64,000 nucleotides of DNA from Eledone cirrhosa (GCA_964016885.1 OZ024742.1:28644001-28708000), one strand, 5' to 3'; positions 1 to 14,695 are shown, numbered from the stretch's first letter. Notes: generated from the letters alone by a model not told the origin. Numbers and translations: made by a program.

Positions 1-18
1 ATACATATAGATATATAC

Positions 19-80
<62 letters not shown>

Positions 81-390
81 TAGTGTTGAGAAGATTAGAA
101 ATAGGATAATGAAAGCGAAAGTTATAATCCATCGCACAAAGACAGCAATCTGAACGCAGCTAGTGAACCGACCAAAGGTCTCATCTTTTCAGGGATTCAC
201 GGAATTTACAGAATGGAAGAAGCTAATCGTTTGTGCTATTCCCTTAAGTGCCATTTGCGCATGTGTGATGTGACTACATGTATGAATGCGCATATAAATG
301 TATATGTATGTATATGTATGTATATGTATGTATATGTATATATATATATATGTATGTATGTATATATATATGTATGTATATATATATATT

Positions 391-522
391 TATGGTTTTA
401 TAAATATAGTTTCCATTTATTATTATCTTCGAATATTTACTCCAGTAACTTGTTGAGTGCTCTATATTAGTTATAAACATTTATGTTTGTCGGAACTCCA
501 ACAAATAAAATACAACTCCTAC
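391..522 (+). mobile_element. Family C PLE-like element, 3' tail only
   Basis: TATGGTTTTATAAATATAGT...TTTACTCCAGTAACTTGTTGAGTGC...CCAACAAAT matches 44964-45095; flanked by (TA)n-rich sequence. Confidence 0.75.
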
Positions 523-974
523 ATATATATATATATGTATATATAGATATATACATGTATATATATGTGTGTGTGTGTGTGTAAGTATGTATGTATGTAT
601 GTTAGATATGGGAAGAACTCAATACAAGTTAATTGTAGAATAAATATTTATTGGGCTCGAGTGAATGGATTATGAAGTTCACTGCTTCATTGAGGTTTCC
701 TCTCGTAGCACGTGGTTATCAACGTGACAGTCCAAGATGTAACCATTGCTGATTGTGAGGAATCTGAGCTTCCTATTCCCACAATGTATTGGCCCTCAGT
801 CGGTTGCGACAATGAATGTTATAATGGCAGGAAAAAAATATCAGTAGATAACAATAGAAATGGCCAGTCAATTATGGGTATATATAATTCTCCATTGACT
901 GATGAAATGACAAGTCGGTCAATCATATTGGTGGTCTCCCCACAACCCCAGCGGACAGAATGGAGAAGGCGTTT

Positions 975-1310
975 CCCCGGAGGACGGCAAGGGAGACAAT
1001 GCTATAATTGGTGGATCAATGAAACAGAATGTTTTTGAAATTTACATGTAAGTGGCTGAACATTCCAGGTGAACGCATGATTCTGAGCATTGCCAGGTGA
1101 ACCCATGAAGCAATTCTCAGGAAGATTCAGCGTGACATATTGTGTAACAAGGCTGGCCCTTACGATTACCGGGTAGAACTGGTTTTTTGCCCGTTCTGGG
1201 GACTGGAGCAACGTAAAATAAGATGCATTACTCAGAAACATAACGCTTCACTAGGAATCGAACATACGACGTTAAAATGACGATCTGAACTCCCTAAACG
1301 TTACACCACG
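975..1310 (-). mobile_element. tRNA-derived SINE, family S2 (decayed)
   Basis: GACTGGAGCAACGT and AAGTGGCTGAACATTCC are reverse complements of blocks in 5664-5940; GGAATCGAAC is a reverse B-box-like motif. Confidence 0.6.
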
Positions 1311-1797
1311 AACCTTCCCTATATTTCTCCACAATATATAGCATTTATTGGAGGCTGTGAATACAGACATTGTTTCTCAGAAATTCTTGTTTCTCCGAGA
1401 TCGGTAAGAAAGAAAATCTTGGAATCATAATTTGTTATTTCTGTTTCCAATAAATTATTCTACTCTAATTTAGTTATTGATTAAGCTATTTTCTTCTGTT
1501 TGTTTATACATACACGATCAGATCTCTCTCCCCTCTCCTCTCTCTCCCTTTCTATTCCCGTCTTTAAGGGTCTTCACCCTATTTTACAAGCAATTTAAAG
1601 GATCTCCGCGTATATGCACACCGTTCTTTATATACATGTAACACATTTTATCAAACTTTTGTTCCAACTTCTTTCTCCTACTCCTTCGTTCTTCCTCCCC
1701 AGCTCTCTAAAGCTCATTCACCCCTACCTCAATTCTCATTTACATAACACTTCCAGAGACACTACACACAACTACATCATCTACATATCTCACCATG

Positions 1798-1922
<125 letters not shown>

Positions 1923-2574
1923 TTAATAAATGAAAAATCAAACCACAGGAAGCAAAATTACAGTTATATTAGGTGCACGCTTGGAGGAAGTGGATATATA
2001 TATATATGTATATATATATATACATATATATATACATATATATATATACATACATACATACATATATGCATACATATATACATATATATATACATACATA
2101 CATACATACATACATATATTCATATATACATACATATATACATACATACATACATATATACATACATACATATATACATATATATACATATATACATATA
2201 TTCATATATACATATATACATACATATATACATACATACATATGGTGGCTGCCAACTCGTTTTCGAGTACAGCCACTACTTTATATCCATGTAGGAGAAC
2301 CCCTACCGATGCCCTGAACAAGTGTGACTTTTTAGTCCAGCCAGCGACTTGAAAACTCTGGTACAAACACTACACCTGTGACAATTACTGACACATAGTG
2401 CTGGGCCCATGGTACCATGTGACGACAAGTGCAGAGAGATCTCCAGATATAAAGCAATGCCTGTGCCGTGAAGCTTTTATAGTGAGCAAAGGCACTGCAC
2501 AAAGCCAGTTCCACTCTCTTAACCAAGATGATATTTACCAAAAAGAATAACAAGTCAACATCATTGGATACCAG

Positions 2575-2655
2575 CAGGGTTGCAGGTGTTATATCAGAGT
2601 TTTCCTTCTCCTAGAATTCTGCCTTGACAAAGGCTAAGGGGTCATCTCTCCCGGA
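2575..2655 (-). mobile_element. Possible RTE-clade LINE 5' region fragment
   Basis: CAGAGTTTTCCTTCTCCTAGA...GCC...AAGGCTA resembles, from memory, a motif at the 5' end of RTE elements; not searched. Confidence 0.35.
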
Positions 2656-2800
2656 CATACATACATATATACATATATATATAATACATACATATATACA
2701 TACATACACATACATACATACACAGGTGTAGGTACAAAGGAAAGAAAAGAACAATCCATACGTGACGCGAAAGTTGAGAATATTTATATTAATAGTTTGA

Positions 2801-2929
2801 CATATTCGACATTACCAGAGGTTTCAAGACGAAAACCTCTACATGTTATCAGATTCATTGACATTCTGACGACAGACGTACTTGCATCTCGAAACCGCTG
2901 ATAATGTAGAGTAAATTCAATCTGGTAAT
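2801..2929 (+). mobile_element. Decayed fold-back element with degenerate hammerhead core
   Basis: Imperfect inverted repeats ATTACCAGA/TCTGGTAAT and CTCTACAT/ATGTAGAG; ACATT-CTGACGA(2866)...GAAAC(2891)...AATGT without a clean NUH triplet; abuts (TA)n. Confidence 0.4.
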
Positions 2930-2966
2930 ATATATATATACAATATTCATGTGTGTGTGTGTATTT

Positions 2967-3064
<98 letters not shown>

Positions 3065-3154
3065 TGCATGGGTATTATGTGAATGTTTCTTTGTTTTTCT
3101 TATATTTCTATACATCAATTCCCAACAACACTACCACCACAACTACCACCACAA

Positions 3155-3452
3155 CCGCCACCACATCTTTCCGCCCTCCTTTCTCCCAGGTTGCTAGTTT
3201 CCAGCGAGACTTTACATCAGCCCCATTCTCACTACTACCACCACCAGCACCACCATTCTCACTACTACTACCACTACCACCACCACCATTCTCCCTACTA
3301 CCACCACCGGCACCACATCTTTCCGCCCTTCTTTCTCCGATAACTGCCAGTTACCAGTGAGACTTTACACCAGACCCCATTCCCACCACTAGCACCACCA
3401 TTATATCTTCCCGCCCTCCTTTTTCCCAGGTTACTAGTTTCCAGCGAAACTT
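3155..3452. repeat. Three related ~75-bp blocks separated by (ACC/ACT)n
   Basis: ATCTTTCCGCCCTCCTTTCTCCCAGGTTGCTAGTTTCCAGCGAGACTT variants near 3166, 3317 and 3405. Confidence 0.8.
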
Positions 3453-4392
3453 ATTGTTATGTAACCAACTGTTCAATTCTGATAGAAAATAAAATTGAAC
3501 TTAGAAATCCCGGTACAAAAATCGATTAATTTTCCCCATACTTGTTTTCTTTGTCGATCACATTACATGTTGTATTTATTATATCAGATGCTTCACTAAT
3601 TTACACAACATGCTGCCCTCTTTCATTGCATTTCATCACCCCCAGTCCTCACCCCTCTGCTTCTCTCATTCCACTTTTTATTCATTTCTCGTTTTTACCA
3701 ATTTCCCTTTAGCTCACCCTCACTTTCTCACACACTATCTCTCTCTCTCGCTCTCACAGAGTTTTTCTCTTATCTGTTTCACTTAAACACACCGTCTCAC
3801 TTACATACTTACTCCCACTCTCCTTTTACTATCAATAAATATATTAAATACAAGATCAAACTCTTCGAAACTTGAATTCATATTCATCTAATTTACTTCC
3901 TCATTCACTATCTATCTATCTAGCTATCTCAATCAATCGCAGTCTTTTCCTCTCCCAGTTTTATATCACCGCAATCAGCTTTGTATACAGACACACGTAC
4001 GTATATATATATGTGTATATATGTATATATATATATGTATGTATGTGTGTATGTATGTGTGTATGTATGTGTGTATGTATGTGTGTATGTATGTGTGTAT
4101 GTATGTATGTATGTGTCCCCTTGTAGCTTAATTGCTATGAATTAAAAAACTTCAAGTCTGCCTCAGCGGCCGGATGACTCTTGAGTTCTGTGCCCATTTG
4201 TATTTTTATTTAAAATAATTAATTTTTTAAGGTTTCCTATTAAAAATTTGAGTTTCGTTCGTTGTTGTCATGTCTAACTTAAGAAAAAAAATATATATTT
4301 ATTTATACGTATATATGTATATAAATGTATATATTCAATGAATATATATATTCAATAAATAAATATATATAAATATTATATATATATATATA

Positions 4393-4473
<81 letters not shown>

Positions 4474-4765
4474 GACAACGACCTCATAGCGCTATGCTAT
4501 GTCGTATAGTAACAATCCCAGTTGTCTCCAACATGGCAGCCATTTTAATCTATAGCCATCTTGGATCAGTTCAGAGAAGTAAATATTTGAAATTCGGAAT
4601 ATATCTTACTTTATTTAGTGACGTCAAAATTCCACTGAGACTGATCTGTATTTTGATATGTCATTGGTCAAAACATAACTTGTATTCCAGTTGAATAAAA
4701 TCTTTCATATCTCTCACTGTTAAAATGTCCAAAGATATTTATACTAAATGGAATTGAAGGAATGA

Positions 4766-5095
4766 ACCTCCGTCAGTTTCGACTATGAATGTTCGCTGTT
4801 CGACCAACGGAACAATCTGCTCCTGAACTTAAATGTGTCTGAAGATTTTACAGATACATACGCCCTTAACGTTATGTTCAAGGAACCTCTAAATCTAATT
4901 GACAGTAGGCGACAAAGTATGTCTTTTAAATTACATCTGACAATGCTCCTCTTTCAAGTTACAGGTAATTAGTCCTTTCTTTTAAATTACAGGTACTGTC
5001 CGACCAACGAGCACCCAAATAATTTCCATTCAATGTCACCCAAAATTCTTGTGTCTGGCTGAGGCTAAGTTGACACTTGCTCAAGATATCACTCT
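4766..5095 (-). mobile_element. tRNA-derived SINE, family S2
   Basis: CTCCGTCAGTTTCGAC...CAACGGAACAATCTGCTC...CCCTTAACGT shared with 19752 and 62816 and with the reverse complement of 5800-5940. Confidence 0.65.
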
Positions 5096-5366
5096 AAACA
5101 ATAGATCTATAGAAAAATATAATAAATCCTTTCACGATATACATAGAATAAAAATTCTTTAAATTATAACTTGTACAATGGTGGAGGTAAGTACGTAGGA
5201 ACTTGTGCCTTCGTGTTTGTGTGTGTGGGTGTATTTGAGAGAGAGGGAGTATTGGGATGCATAGTTTGTATACCCACAAATATTTCAAGGGGACACGATT
5301 TGGGATTGAAATCTAGGCCGAATGATTGGAAAGCGAACTCCTTAATTATTCGATCATGCTATGTCC

Positions 5367-5560
5367 AGGGGTGGATTGACAGTATCGGTAGAAGGTCGGA
5401 CATCATGCTTTGCAGCATAGAGTTACAGCCTCTTTACGATCTGAGTTCAAAACCCGCCGAGGTTAACTTTATCTTTCATCCTTACGGGATCGATACAATA
5501 AAGTACCAGTAATGCACTGGAGTAATTGCTGGTCTTGTGCCAAAAGTAGAAACAATTATT
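5367..5560 (+). mobile_element. SINE family S1
   Basis: CTGAGTTCAAAACCCGCC (B-box-like) followed by TTTCATCCTTACGGGATCGATACAATAAAGTACCAG; near-identical to 21765-21953. Confidence 0.85.
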
Positions 5561-5663
5561 TATATATGACGGGTTATGCCACTTAATTTGATCATATTCC
5601 CATTATGCAGTTCTGGGTATTTAACAGCCATATAACTGAACTAGTGGAATATGGTGTGAATAT

Positions 5664-5940
5664 GCGTGCCTTAGTGGTTAGGGGCATTCGGCTAACCATC
5701 GTAAGGTCATGTGCCCTTGAGTAAACAAATAAAATTATTTCACGTTGTTCCAGTCCAACCAGCTGGCAAAACAGCCTTGTCATATTCTTTGTCACACTGA
5801 ATCTCCCTGAGAACTATGTTAAGGGTATGCATGTCGTTTCTGTGAAACGTTCAGCCCCTTGCAATTTAATTTCACGAGCTGGCTGTTCTGTTGATCGTAT
5901 CAACAGGAACACTCGTCGTTGTAACCGACGGAGTACCAAC
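5664..5940 (+). mobile_element. tRNA-derived SINE, family S2
   Basis: A-box-like TTAGTGGTTAGG head; TTTCACGTTGTTCCAGTCCA body; GTAACCGACGGAGTACCA 3' end. Confidence 0.75.
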
Positions 5941-6065
5941 CAAATAACCAATACAAATCTTGGTCAAGTTTGGTCACTGTGATGTTTTTTTGCCTGATAA
6001 TTATTCTCATGTACCGTATATTAAACTTGAAGTGATGATTATTACTGTTAACATTTATAACAGTA

Positions 6066-6130
6066 TATATTCCACTCTAATATAGGTATTGAGTACTCTG
6101 ATTTTGTTCATCTAAATAACTACAATCCAC
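6066..6130 (+). mobile_element. PLE-like 3' tail related to family A
   Basis: TTCCACTCTA...GTATTGAGTACTCTG resembles the family A tail; ends in the same (TA)n tract as 6153-6341, tail-to-tail. Confidence 0.5.
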
Positions 6131-6152
6131 TATATATATATATATATATATA

Positions 6153-6340
6153 ACGAAGGAAATGTGGTAAGGAACCAGGTGGACCATAACGCACCAAAGT
6201 ACTCAATACTTGAGGTAGTAGAGTGGGTAATAAGAACCAGTAAGACCCCGACAGCTGAGCTCAAGCCGTTTCGACGGCTAATTCCGTCCAGAATTAGCCG
6301 TCGAAACGGCTTGAGCTCAGCTGTCGGGGTCTTACTGGTT

Positions 6341-6341
<1 letters not shown>
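6153..6341 (-). mobile_element. Family A fold-back element, copy 1
   Basis: Perfect 51-bp arms 6234-6284/6291-6341, loop CGTCCA; GAAACGGC...GCTGTC is a hammerhead 3' half; tail contains GTACTCAATA; (TA)n on both sides. Confidence 0.85.
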
Positions 6342-6393
<52 letters not shown>

Positions 6394-6696
6394 TTGAAGA
6401 AACAAAGTCACGGTGAATTATGTATATGTATGTGTGTGTATGTATATATGTGTGTGCGTGTATGTATATGTGTGTGTGTATATATGTGTGTATGTTTGTG
6501 TGTGTATGTGTGTGTCTATGCGTGTGTCTATGCGTGTGTCTGTGTGTATGTGTGTCTGTGTGTCTGTGTGTGTGTGTCTGTGTGTGTGTCTGTCTATGTG
6601 TGTGTCTATGTGTGTGTGTCTATGTGTGTGTCTATGTGTGTGTATGTGTGTGTGTCTGGGTATTTTCAACACAAAGAGTTATTATACATACCAGTA

Positions 6697-6887
6697 ATAA
6701 TATTTTCTATTTTTGGCACAAGGTCAGCAATTTAAAGGGAAGGGAAAGTCGATGATATGAACCCCATTTATTTTATCCTTACGGCGGTCGATAAAATAAA
6801 GTAGCAGTAACGAACTGGGGTCGATTTAATCTACTTTCCCCTTCCCTAAAATTGTTGGCCTTGTGCCTAAATCAGAAATCATTATAA
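6697..6887. mobile_element. Head-to-head inverted pair of S1 SINE 3' ends
   Basis: TTTCTATTTTTGGCACAAGGTCAGCAATTT versus AAATTGTTGGCCTTGTGCCTAAATCAGAAA. Confidence 0.7.
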
Positions 6888-7081
6888 TCTCGTTGTTGTT
6901 GTTGTTTATTGTTTCCATTTGATTATTGGCACAGCTCAGCTTACCAAATATAATTCAGTGTGAGATATAAATCAATATTATAATAATGAAATAATTAAGT
7001 TAGATATAAATATTTGATGAAATAAATTTGAAGCTGTTCATATCGCCGCCATCTTTCTCCCATATCTGGCTCTAGCGTTGC

Positions 7082-7118
<37 letters not shown>

Positions 7119-8014
7119 AATGTTTATATTGTTGTTGTTGTTTGCTACAAACTAACGTTTCACAGAACTCTGCTTGAAAAATAATTTCTTCCATGTTTGC
7201 TTGAAAGAAAAATTGGAATGATGATTTTTTTTTTTTTTGTTACCATCAAAGGTCTTCGATATATAAATATATGCATGTATATATATGCACGCATGTATAT
7301 GTATGTATGCATATATATGTATGAATGTAGGTATGTGTATTTGTATGTATGTATAAGCTTCCCTCCCATTAACTAGGTTCGGAAAGAAGGTCTGTCTAAA
7401 CATTGCTTTTAATAGTCTGTATATTATTCATAATAGTCAGATTTGTATTATTTATTCGTGATCAAAAATGACCACGCATTTAGTAGCGGAAGAAGGTGCT
7501 ATTCAAAATGGCGCTAGCTTTCAATAATCACACCTCCATATTTTTGAAAATACAAAAACTGATTAAAAATTGAAAGAAAAAACAAAACAAGAATGAAGAA
7601 TAGCAATCAATAACAGACACAATAGGGAAGACTAACTAACAGAAATAATTTGAGCCTCTCAAAGAAGAATTATAACGAAAAGGCAAACTTAAATGACATT
7701 AACAAAAGCATCAACACCCCATCTTTTTCAAGAGTTGTGAATCAAAGGGGTTATTAGATACGAGTTAACTCCAGGCAAAAGAACAGTTATTGAAGAGGCA
7801 TGAAATGAGAAATTTACCCATAAAAAAATCAATAATGCAAATAACATAGCTCTATTATTTCAAAAAAATATTTTTTCTTTTGCTTGGTGTTTATATTTCT
7901 TGCCGATATACATATAAACCGAAGTGAACAGTTTAAAAATATATTCGGCATATATTAGATTCTACAGGTGACTATATACACATTGTTATATACACCTGCG
8001 GGCAAAGATTATCT

Positions 8015-8572
8015 ATATACATAGATGATACCACACAGTCACACAGACATACATATATACATAGATGATATCACACAGTCACATAGACATATATACATAG
8101 ATGATACCACACAGTCACACAGACATACATATATACATAGATGATACCACACAGTCACATAGACACATATATACATAGATGATATCACAGTCACAGACAT
8201 ATATATATACATAGTTGATATCACACAGTCACATAGACATACATATATATAGATGATATCACACAGTCACATAGACATACATATATATACATAGATGATA
8301 TCACACAGTGGCATAGACATACATATATACATAGATGATATCACAGTCACATAGACATACATAGACATACATAGATGATACCACACAATCACATAGACAT
8401 ACATAGATGATACCACACAATCACATAGACATACATAGATGATATCACACAATCACATAGACATACATAGATGATACCACACAATCACATAGACATACAT
8501 AGATGATACCACACAATCACATAGACATACATAGATGATATCACACAGTCACATAGACATACATATAAACAT
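8015..8572. repeat. Minisatellite, ~32-42 bp unit
   Basis: ATAGATGATA(C/T)CACACAGTCACATAGACATAC repeated about 14 times. Confidence 0.9.
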
Positions 8573-9062
8573 AGACACGGTGATGAAAAAGAATTATTGA
8601 AAAACCTATAGATACTGACTTCTACTTCTAAGATATATTCGATGTTATTGCTAACATGTAACGCACTACAACCTGTTGTATAGTTTATGTGTGAGGGCAG
8701 CACCAAGAAAACTTCACGGGGAAGTGTGTGTGGTTTTGGGAAACAATGTGGGATGAAAAACAGACCCCACAAAAGAATGGAGTAACTCATCAGAGTTAAC
8801 AGCTATCCAATACAAAAGAATATTTTCCTTACGATCGCTAGTCCAACACCCTAACTACTACGCTACGTGGCTTCAGATATCGATGTGTGTATCTGTGTAT
8901 GTATATATATATATACAGTATATATACATATATATGTATATATGAGTGTGTGTGTGTGTAGATAATATATATATGTGTGTAAATATACGTATGCACACAC
9001 ATACATACATACATGCATACATATACATACCTACATAAACACACATATATACATACAGACAC

Positions 9063-9183
<121 letters not shown>

Positions 9184-9763
9184 CATACATAGACGAACAT
9201 GCACAAAATAGTGAAAACTCAATTTCTTTTGCTTTCTTTTGTGTATCTTTTAAGCATTGTTCTGTACCTGGTCGTTATTGTGTTGTATTCAAATGTTCTG
9301 CTTCCGTTACCCCTGCTGGCAAAGAATGGAAGCAGTCTACTACTACTACCACTACTACTTGCATGCGAGTAGGTGTACAATAAAGTCTTTCAGTATTCTG
9401 TTATGCACTGTAACCCGTAAAATAAAATGCCCTCTTGTTTTGTAGTGTTTCTATTTTGGGAAGCCCCCGTGGCAAATAAAAGTGCAACAATTATTATTAT
9501 TTATTAAATTAGTGCAAGGCCAGCAATTTGGGAGAAGAATTGTGGTGTCAAATACATAACCCCCACGGTAGTACTTGATTTGTTTTTTCGCCCCAAGAAG
9601 GACGAGTGTCAAAGTTGTCCTCATCAGTATTTAAACCACAGATACATGAAGAGACATAATAAATAACTCTTTACCCTCGGTGACTATTAAATAGTAAATC
9701 AATTATATCGCCATCAATAGAATACTCACGAGAAATTGTTTTAAGCTTCTAACATTTAACCAG

Positions 9764-9816
<53 letters not shown>

Positions 9817-9833
9817 AAATATACAGAGAGAGA

Positions 9834-9872
<39 letters not shown>

Positions 9873-10057
9873 AGAGAGAGTAGGGTACGAAAAGCAAAGC
9901 AAAAAACACTCAACTTCATTTCTTTTCTATTGAAAATGGTACCTTAACCTCGAAATATAATAAAGTATTAGGTAAAATTAATTATAAACTGATGTTTTGT
10001 TCTACTCTTTTCACTTTTATACTTTCAATTTGCATAGAACTGGCCTTCTAAACACAA

Positions 10058-10108
<51 letters not shown>

Positions 10109-10882
10109 AATAAAGAAAATAATGTCTGAATGGGGTAGCACAACCAATCTTTGCAAACAATAACACACGATTACCTCTAGATATATTGAAAAAACTATTC
10201 ACACCTCCGATAAATATTAAAAGATATAGCCGATATGAAACATTTTCTGAGACAGCACTCCATTTTGTATGAGGATTTACCCGCCTTGTTCTGACATAAT
10301 ATTCCTAGAGGCACACTAACATAATAACATAACAAAACTCATCTACATACGCCTCGCTACGAAATTTATATCGCAATCAGAAAAGTTTCTCTGGTACTTA
10401 TTTGAAATTCCACTTGTTTACAGCAAACAGACCGCTAGAGAGCACATAAGTATGATGTCATTCGCCAAAACAAAATGACAATAGAGTATTAATTATTCAA
10501 CATAGCAACACTAAATGATTATAATGTTAGTGAGATGGGAGCTGTTGTACTAAAAACATTCTGGCAGTTAAGGAATGTGTTTATCATCTTATTTGTAATT
10601 GGCACAGCTACAATTACACACAACTATTTCTTAAGGGCATTTATAGATTACCTAGAAGGATAGACATACGCACGTTCTAGAACATTGCAAACCCAAGGTT
10701 TGCAAACAAAGATAAAACACACTCACACACTATTGGTTAATCTTAAACATAGATAAATTTGTTAACCCCTGAAATACTCGCTAATATCATACTTAATCTT
10801 TATACGAGGCATATTCCACAAAGTAATTAATTTTTGTTTCAAGAAAAATAAACTCTGGATATATTTCTCAAATCAATAACAA

Positions 10883-11330
10883 TAATAGTTTCTGTTTCAG
10901 ACACAAGGCCAACAATTTTGGTGAAGGGGAAAGTCTATTAAATAGACCCCAGTGCATTACGGGTACTTTATTTTATCGACTCCGTAAGGATGAAAAGCAG
11001 AGCTAATCGTGGTGGGATTTGAAATCAGAACGTAAAGGAACGTAACTGTACTTTCAAAGCATGTTGTCCAGCGCTCTGCCGATTATGGCAATCCACCACG
11101 CTAACAATAATAATAGTTTCTGATTTAGGCCTAAGGCCAACATTTATTTAAGATGGGAAAGTCGATTAAACCAACCCCAGTAGTAAATGACTGGTACTTT
11201 ATTTTATTGATCCCGTAAGGACGAAAAGCAAAGGTATCTTCGGTGGGATTTGAAATCAGAACTTATAGGGTTGTAACTATGCCACAAAGCATGCTGTCCG
11301 ACGCTCTACCAATACTGCCAAACCACGGCC
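10883..11330 (-). mobile_element. Tandem pair of S1 SINEs
   Basis: Two copies of GGTACTTTATTTTAT...CCGTAAGGA...GGGATTTGAAATCAGAAC (10883-11102 and 11108-11330). Confidence 0.8.
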
Positions 11331-11539
11331 TAGCAATAACAATAGTAATAATTGTAGGAATAGGACAAATTACAAACCTAGTGGCTGTGTACATAGAATT
11401 GAGTTGGAGAAAACTGATATAGAAATTAATATTGTAAATTAAAATATGAGGCATTTCAATTGAGAGGAAACCAGCGAAGACCAATCCTGAAAATCCACAG
11501 ATTCAGGATTACCGTCTTTACCAAGGAGCAATACCATAT

Positions 11540-11890
11540 CTGTGCCTTATCTCCAGCCTACAAGTACAGGCTAGGAATAGGACCATTCCCTCTCTTCATA
11601 TAATCCACCCTCATTCAGATTTCAAAAATTTCTTTTCATCATTCTTTTTACATTCCTCTCCAGAAGTTGATAATGGCTTACTCAAATAGGAAATTATCTG
11701 TCTTTAGTACTTCCAACCTTGTCCACCATACGGTCTTATTCATCATGGCTACCAGGTAGTGGGAAAATACCTGGGGACTTTCTGGTCAAATGAAGCCATT
11801 AGGAGGATCTTAACTACGGACTTAGATGATAGCCAGATCTGTCCAACTGAACAGGTGACAGCAGCTGTTTGACAGTACTTCACACATCAG
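11540..11890 (-). pseudogene. L1/Tx1-like LINE ORF2 C-terminal fragment
   Basis: Minus strand reads VAMMNKTVWWTRLEVLKTDNFLF, homologous to AMAKEVLWWTRLKELRSDTFLS at 16745-16810; stops present. Confidence 0.6.
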
Positions 11891-11949
11891 TAACTTTTAT
11901 CTCCCCCGCTAACACCTACGTCATCCTGCTTAGGCTAGAAAGCATCATG

Positions 11950-13140
11950 ACAATAACCAACACCGCACCACCACCAACACCACTACTATAGTCACCACCA
12001 CCAACACCACTACCATAGTCACCACCACCAACACCTCTACCATAGTCACCACCACCAACACCGCTACCATAGTCACCACCACCAACACAACTACCATTGT
12101 CACTACCACCAACACATCTACCATTACCATTATCATTATCACCACCCATGGTCACCATCACCAACCCCATTACCACCTTCTTCATCACCACCTCCACCAC
12201 CAACACTATAAACATCAACACCACCACCACCACCACCACCAACACTATAATCACCACCACCACCACTATAATCATCAACACCAACACCACCACCACCACC
12301 ACCACCAACACCACCACCACCACCAACACCACCACCACCACCACCACCAACACTATAATCAACACCAACACCACCACCACCACCACTATAATCATCAACA
12401 CCAACACCACCACCACCACCACCAACACTATAATCACCACCACCACCACCACTACCAACACTATAATCACCACCACCACCACCACCAACACTATAATCAC
12501 CACCAACACCACCACCACCACCAACACCACCACCACTACCACCACCAACACTATAATCATCAACACCACCACCACCACTATAATCATCAACACCACCACC
12601 ACCACCATCACCACCACCACCACCACCACCACCACCACTACCACCAACACTATAATCATCAACACCACCACCACCACCACTATAATCATCAACACCACCA
12701 CCACCACCACTATAATCATCAACACCACCACCACCACCACTATAATCATCAACACCAACTCCACCACCACCACTACCACCACCAACTCCACCACCACCAC
12801 CACCACCACTATAATCATCAACACCAACTCCACCACCACCACCATCACCATCAACACCACCACCACCAACTCCACCACCACCACCACCACCATCAACACC
12901 ACCACCACCACCAACAACACCACCACCACCACCACCACCACCACTACTATAATCATCAACACCAACTCCACCACCACCACCACCAACAACAACAACACCA
13001 CCACCACCACCAACAACAACAACACCACCACCACCACCATCAACACCACCACCACCACCACCACTACTATAATCATCAACACCAACTCCACCACCACCAC
13101 CACCACCAACAACAACACCACCACCACCACCATCAACACC

Positions 13141-13172
<32 letters not shown>

Positions 13173-13320
13173 CAACACCACCACCACCACCACCACCACC
13201 ACCACCACCACCACTACTATAATCATCAACACCAACTCCACCACCACCACCACCACCACCACCAACACCACCACCACCACCATCACCACCACCACCACCA
13301 CCACCACCACAACCAACAGC
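11950..13320. repeat. Compound (ACC/AAC)n tract with recurrent ACTATAATCATCAAC insert
   Basis: Direct reading; source of the poly-Thr/Val/Gly ORFs. Confidence 0.95.
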
Positions 13321-13489
13321 TACAATTATCACTCAAAATCATCATCGTCCTCTTCATCGTCGTCGATTTTACTTTTCATCCCTCCGTGGTCGACAAAATA
13401 AAGTACCAGTTATGTACTGGGTCGTTGGCTACAATACTCCCTACAAATGTACTCTTTATTATCGTTGTGGTAGTTGTTGTTGTTGTTGT

Positions 13490-13782
13490 TGTAGTTTAGC
13501 CCCAGGTCAAACCTGATCTAGCTAACATAAGATTAAAGATATTGATTGGGGTGATGGGGGGTCCTGTTATTGGTGTTGTTTAACCCTAGGCCAAACCTGA
13601 TCTAGCTAACATAGGACTGAAAGATATTGATGATGGTGGTGGTAGTGGTGTTGGTGGTGGTGGGGTTATGTTATTAGTGATGTTTAGCCCTAGGTCAGCC
13701 ACGATTGTGCAGAATTGTAAACATGTGTGTTGATAGTTTTGTTACTGTTTTAGCCCCAGGTCAACCCTGATCCAGCTGAGCT
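13490..13782 (+). repeat. Four copies of a short dispersed-repeat fragment
   Basis: GTTTAGCCCCAGGTCAAACCTGATC variants near 13494, 13578, 13682 and 13748. Confidence 0.7.
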
Positions 13783-13809
13783 GTGAATTTGTTGATAGTT
13801 GATTATATT

Positions 13810-13915
13810 GTGGTAGTAGTAGTAGTAGTAGTTGTATTGGTGGTAGTAGTAGTAGTAGTTGTATTGGTAGTAGTAGTAGTAGTAGTTGTATTGGTAGTGG
13901 TAGTAGTAGTTGTAT

Positions 13916-13970
<55 letters not shown>

Positions 13971-14112
13971 TGTAGTATTATATAGTAATGATAGTAATAG
14001 TTGTAACAGTAGTTGTAGTATTATAATAGTAATATTAGTAGTAGTTATAGTAATAATATTAGTAACAGTAGTGGTGGTATTAGTAGTAGCTATTGTAACA
14101 GCAGTAAAAGTT

Positions 14113-14157
<45 letters not shown>

Positions 14158-14215
14158 ACAATAATGGTAGTGGTAGTAGTAGTAGCAGCAAAAGTAGCAA
14201 CAGTAGCAGCAGTAA
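13810..14215. repeat. (GTA)n compound microsatellite
   Basis: Direct reading. Confidence 0.95.
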
Positions 14216-14661
14216 TTTACATGTGTTAATATTATTATAATGTTGACATCCTCCTCCCCTTCCACTCCCCTCTCCTCTGATGATGTCATAGAAACAACCT
14301 GATTTCCACTTGTTATTGATTACTTTGCCTGAGCAACAAGTAAAAAGATTTTCACCGTTTTTGCCTTCCTTTTTTCGATATTTTATGAAGAATTTCCAAA
14401 ACAAAATATGATAATGTAGATTTTCTTCTTCCGATTTACCATTTTTACATTCTCTCTCTCTCACACTCCCTCTCTCTATATAACTCTTTATCTATCTCTT
14501 CCTCTCACTATATCACTATCTATCTCCCTCTCTCACACTCACTCTCTATATCACTGTTTCTCTCTCTCTCTCACAATCTCTTTTCTCTTTCTCGACCAAT
14601 CTCTATCTACCTCTCTAAATATTCATCTCTATATGTATCTGTATGGGTGTGTACGTATATG

Positions 14662-14695
<34 letters not shown>

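Noticed and set aside
899-935. CTGATGA hits at 899, 8788 (-) and 14277
   Set aside because: No correctly placed GAAA, NUH triplet and stem I pairing.
712-1038. 108-aa ORF
   Set aside because: GTG start, runs into a SINE, no recognisable domain.
5664-5710. tRNA gene
   Set aside because: A-box-like SINE head only; no cloverleaf.
6164-6397. Recurring peptide VRNQ.DHNAP.YSIL in family A ORFs
   Set aside because: Repeat copies without a true ATG, running through a palindrome into (TA)n.
11916-13401. 400+ aa poly-Thr, poly-Val and poly-Gly ORFs
   Set aside because: Trinucleotide repeat open in three frames; no unique domain or credible splice context.
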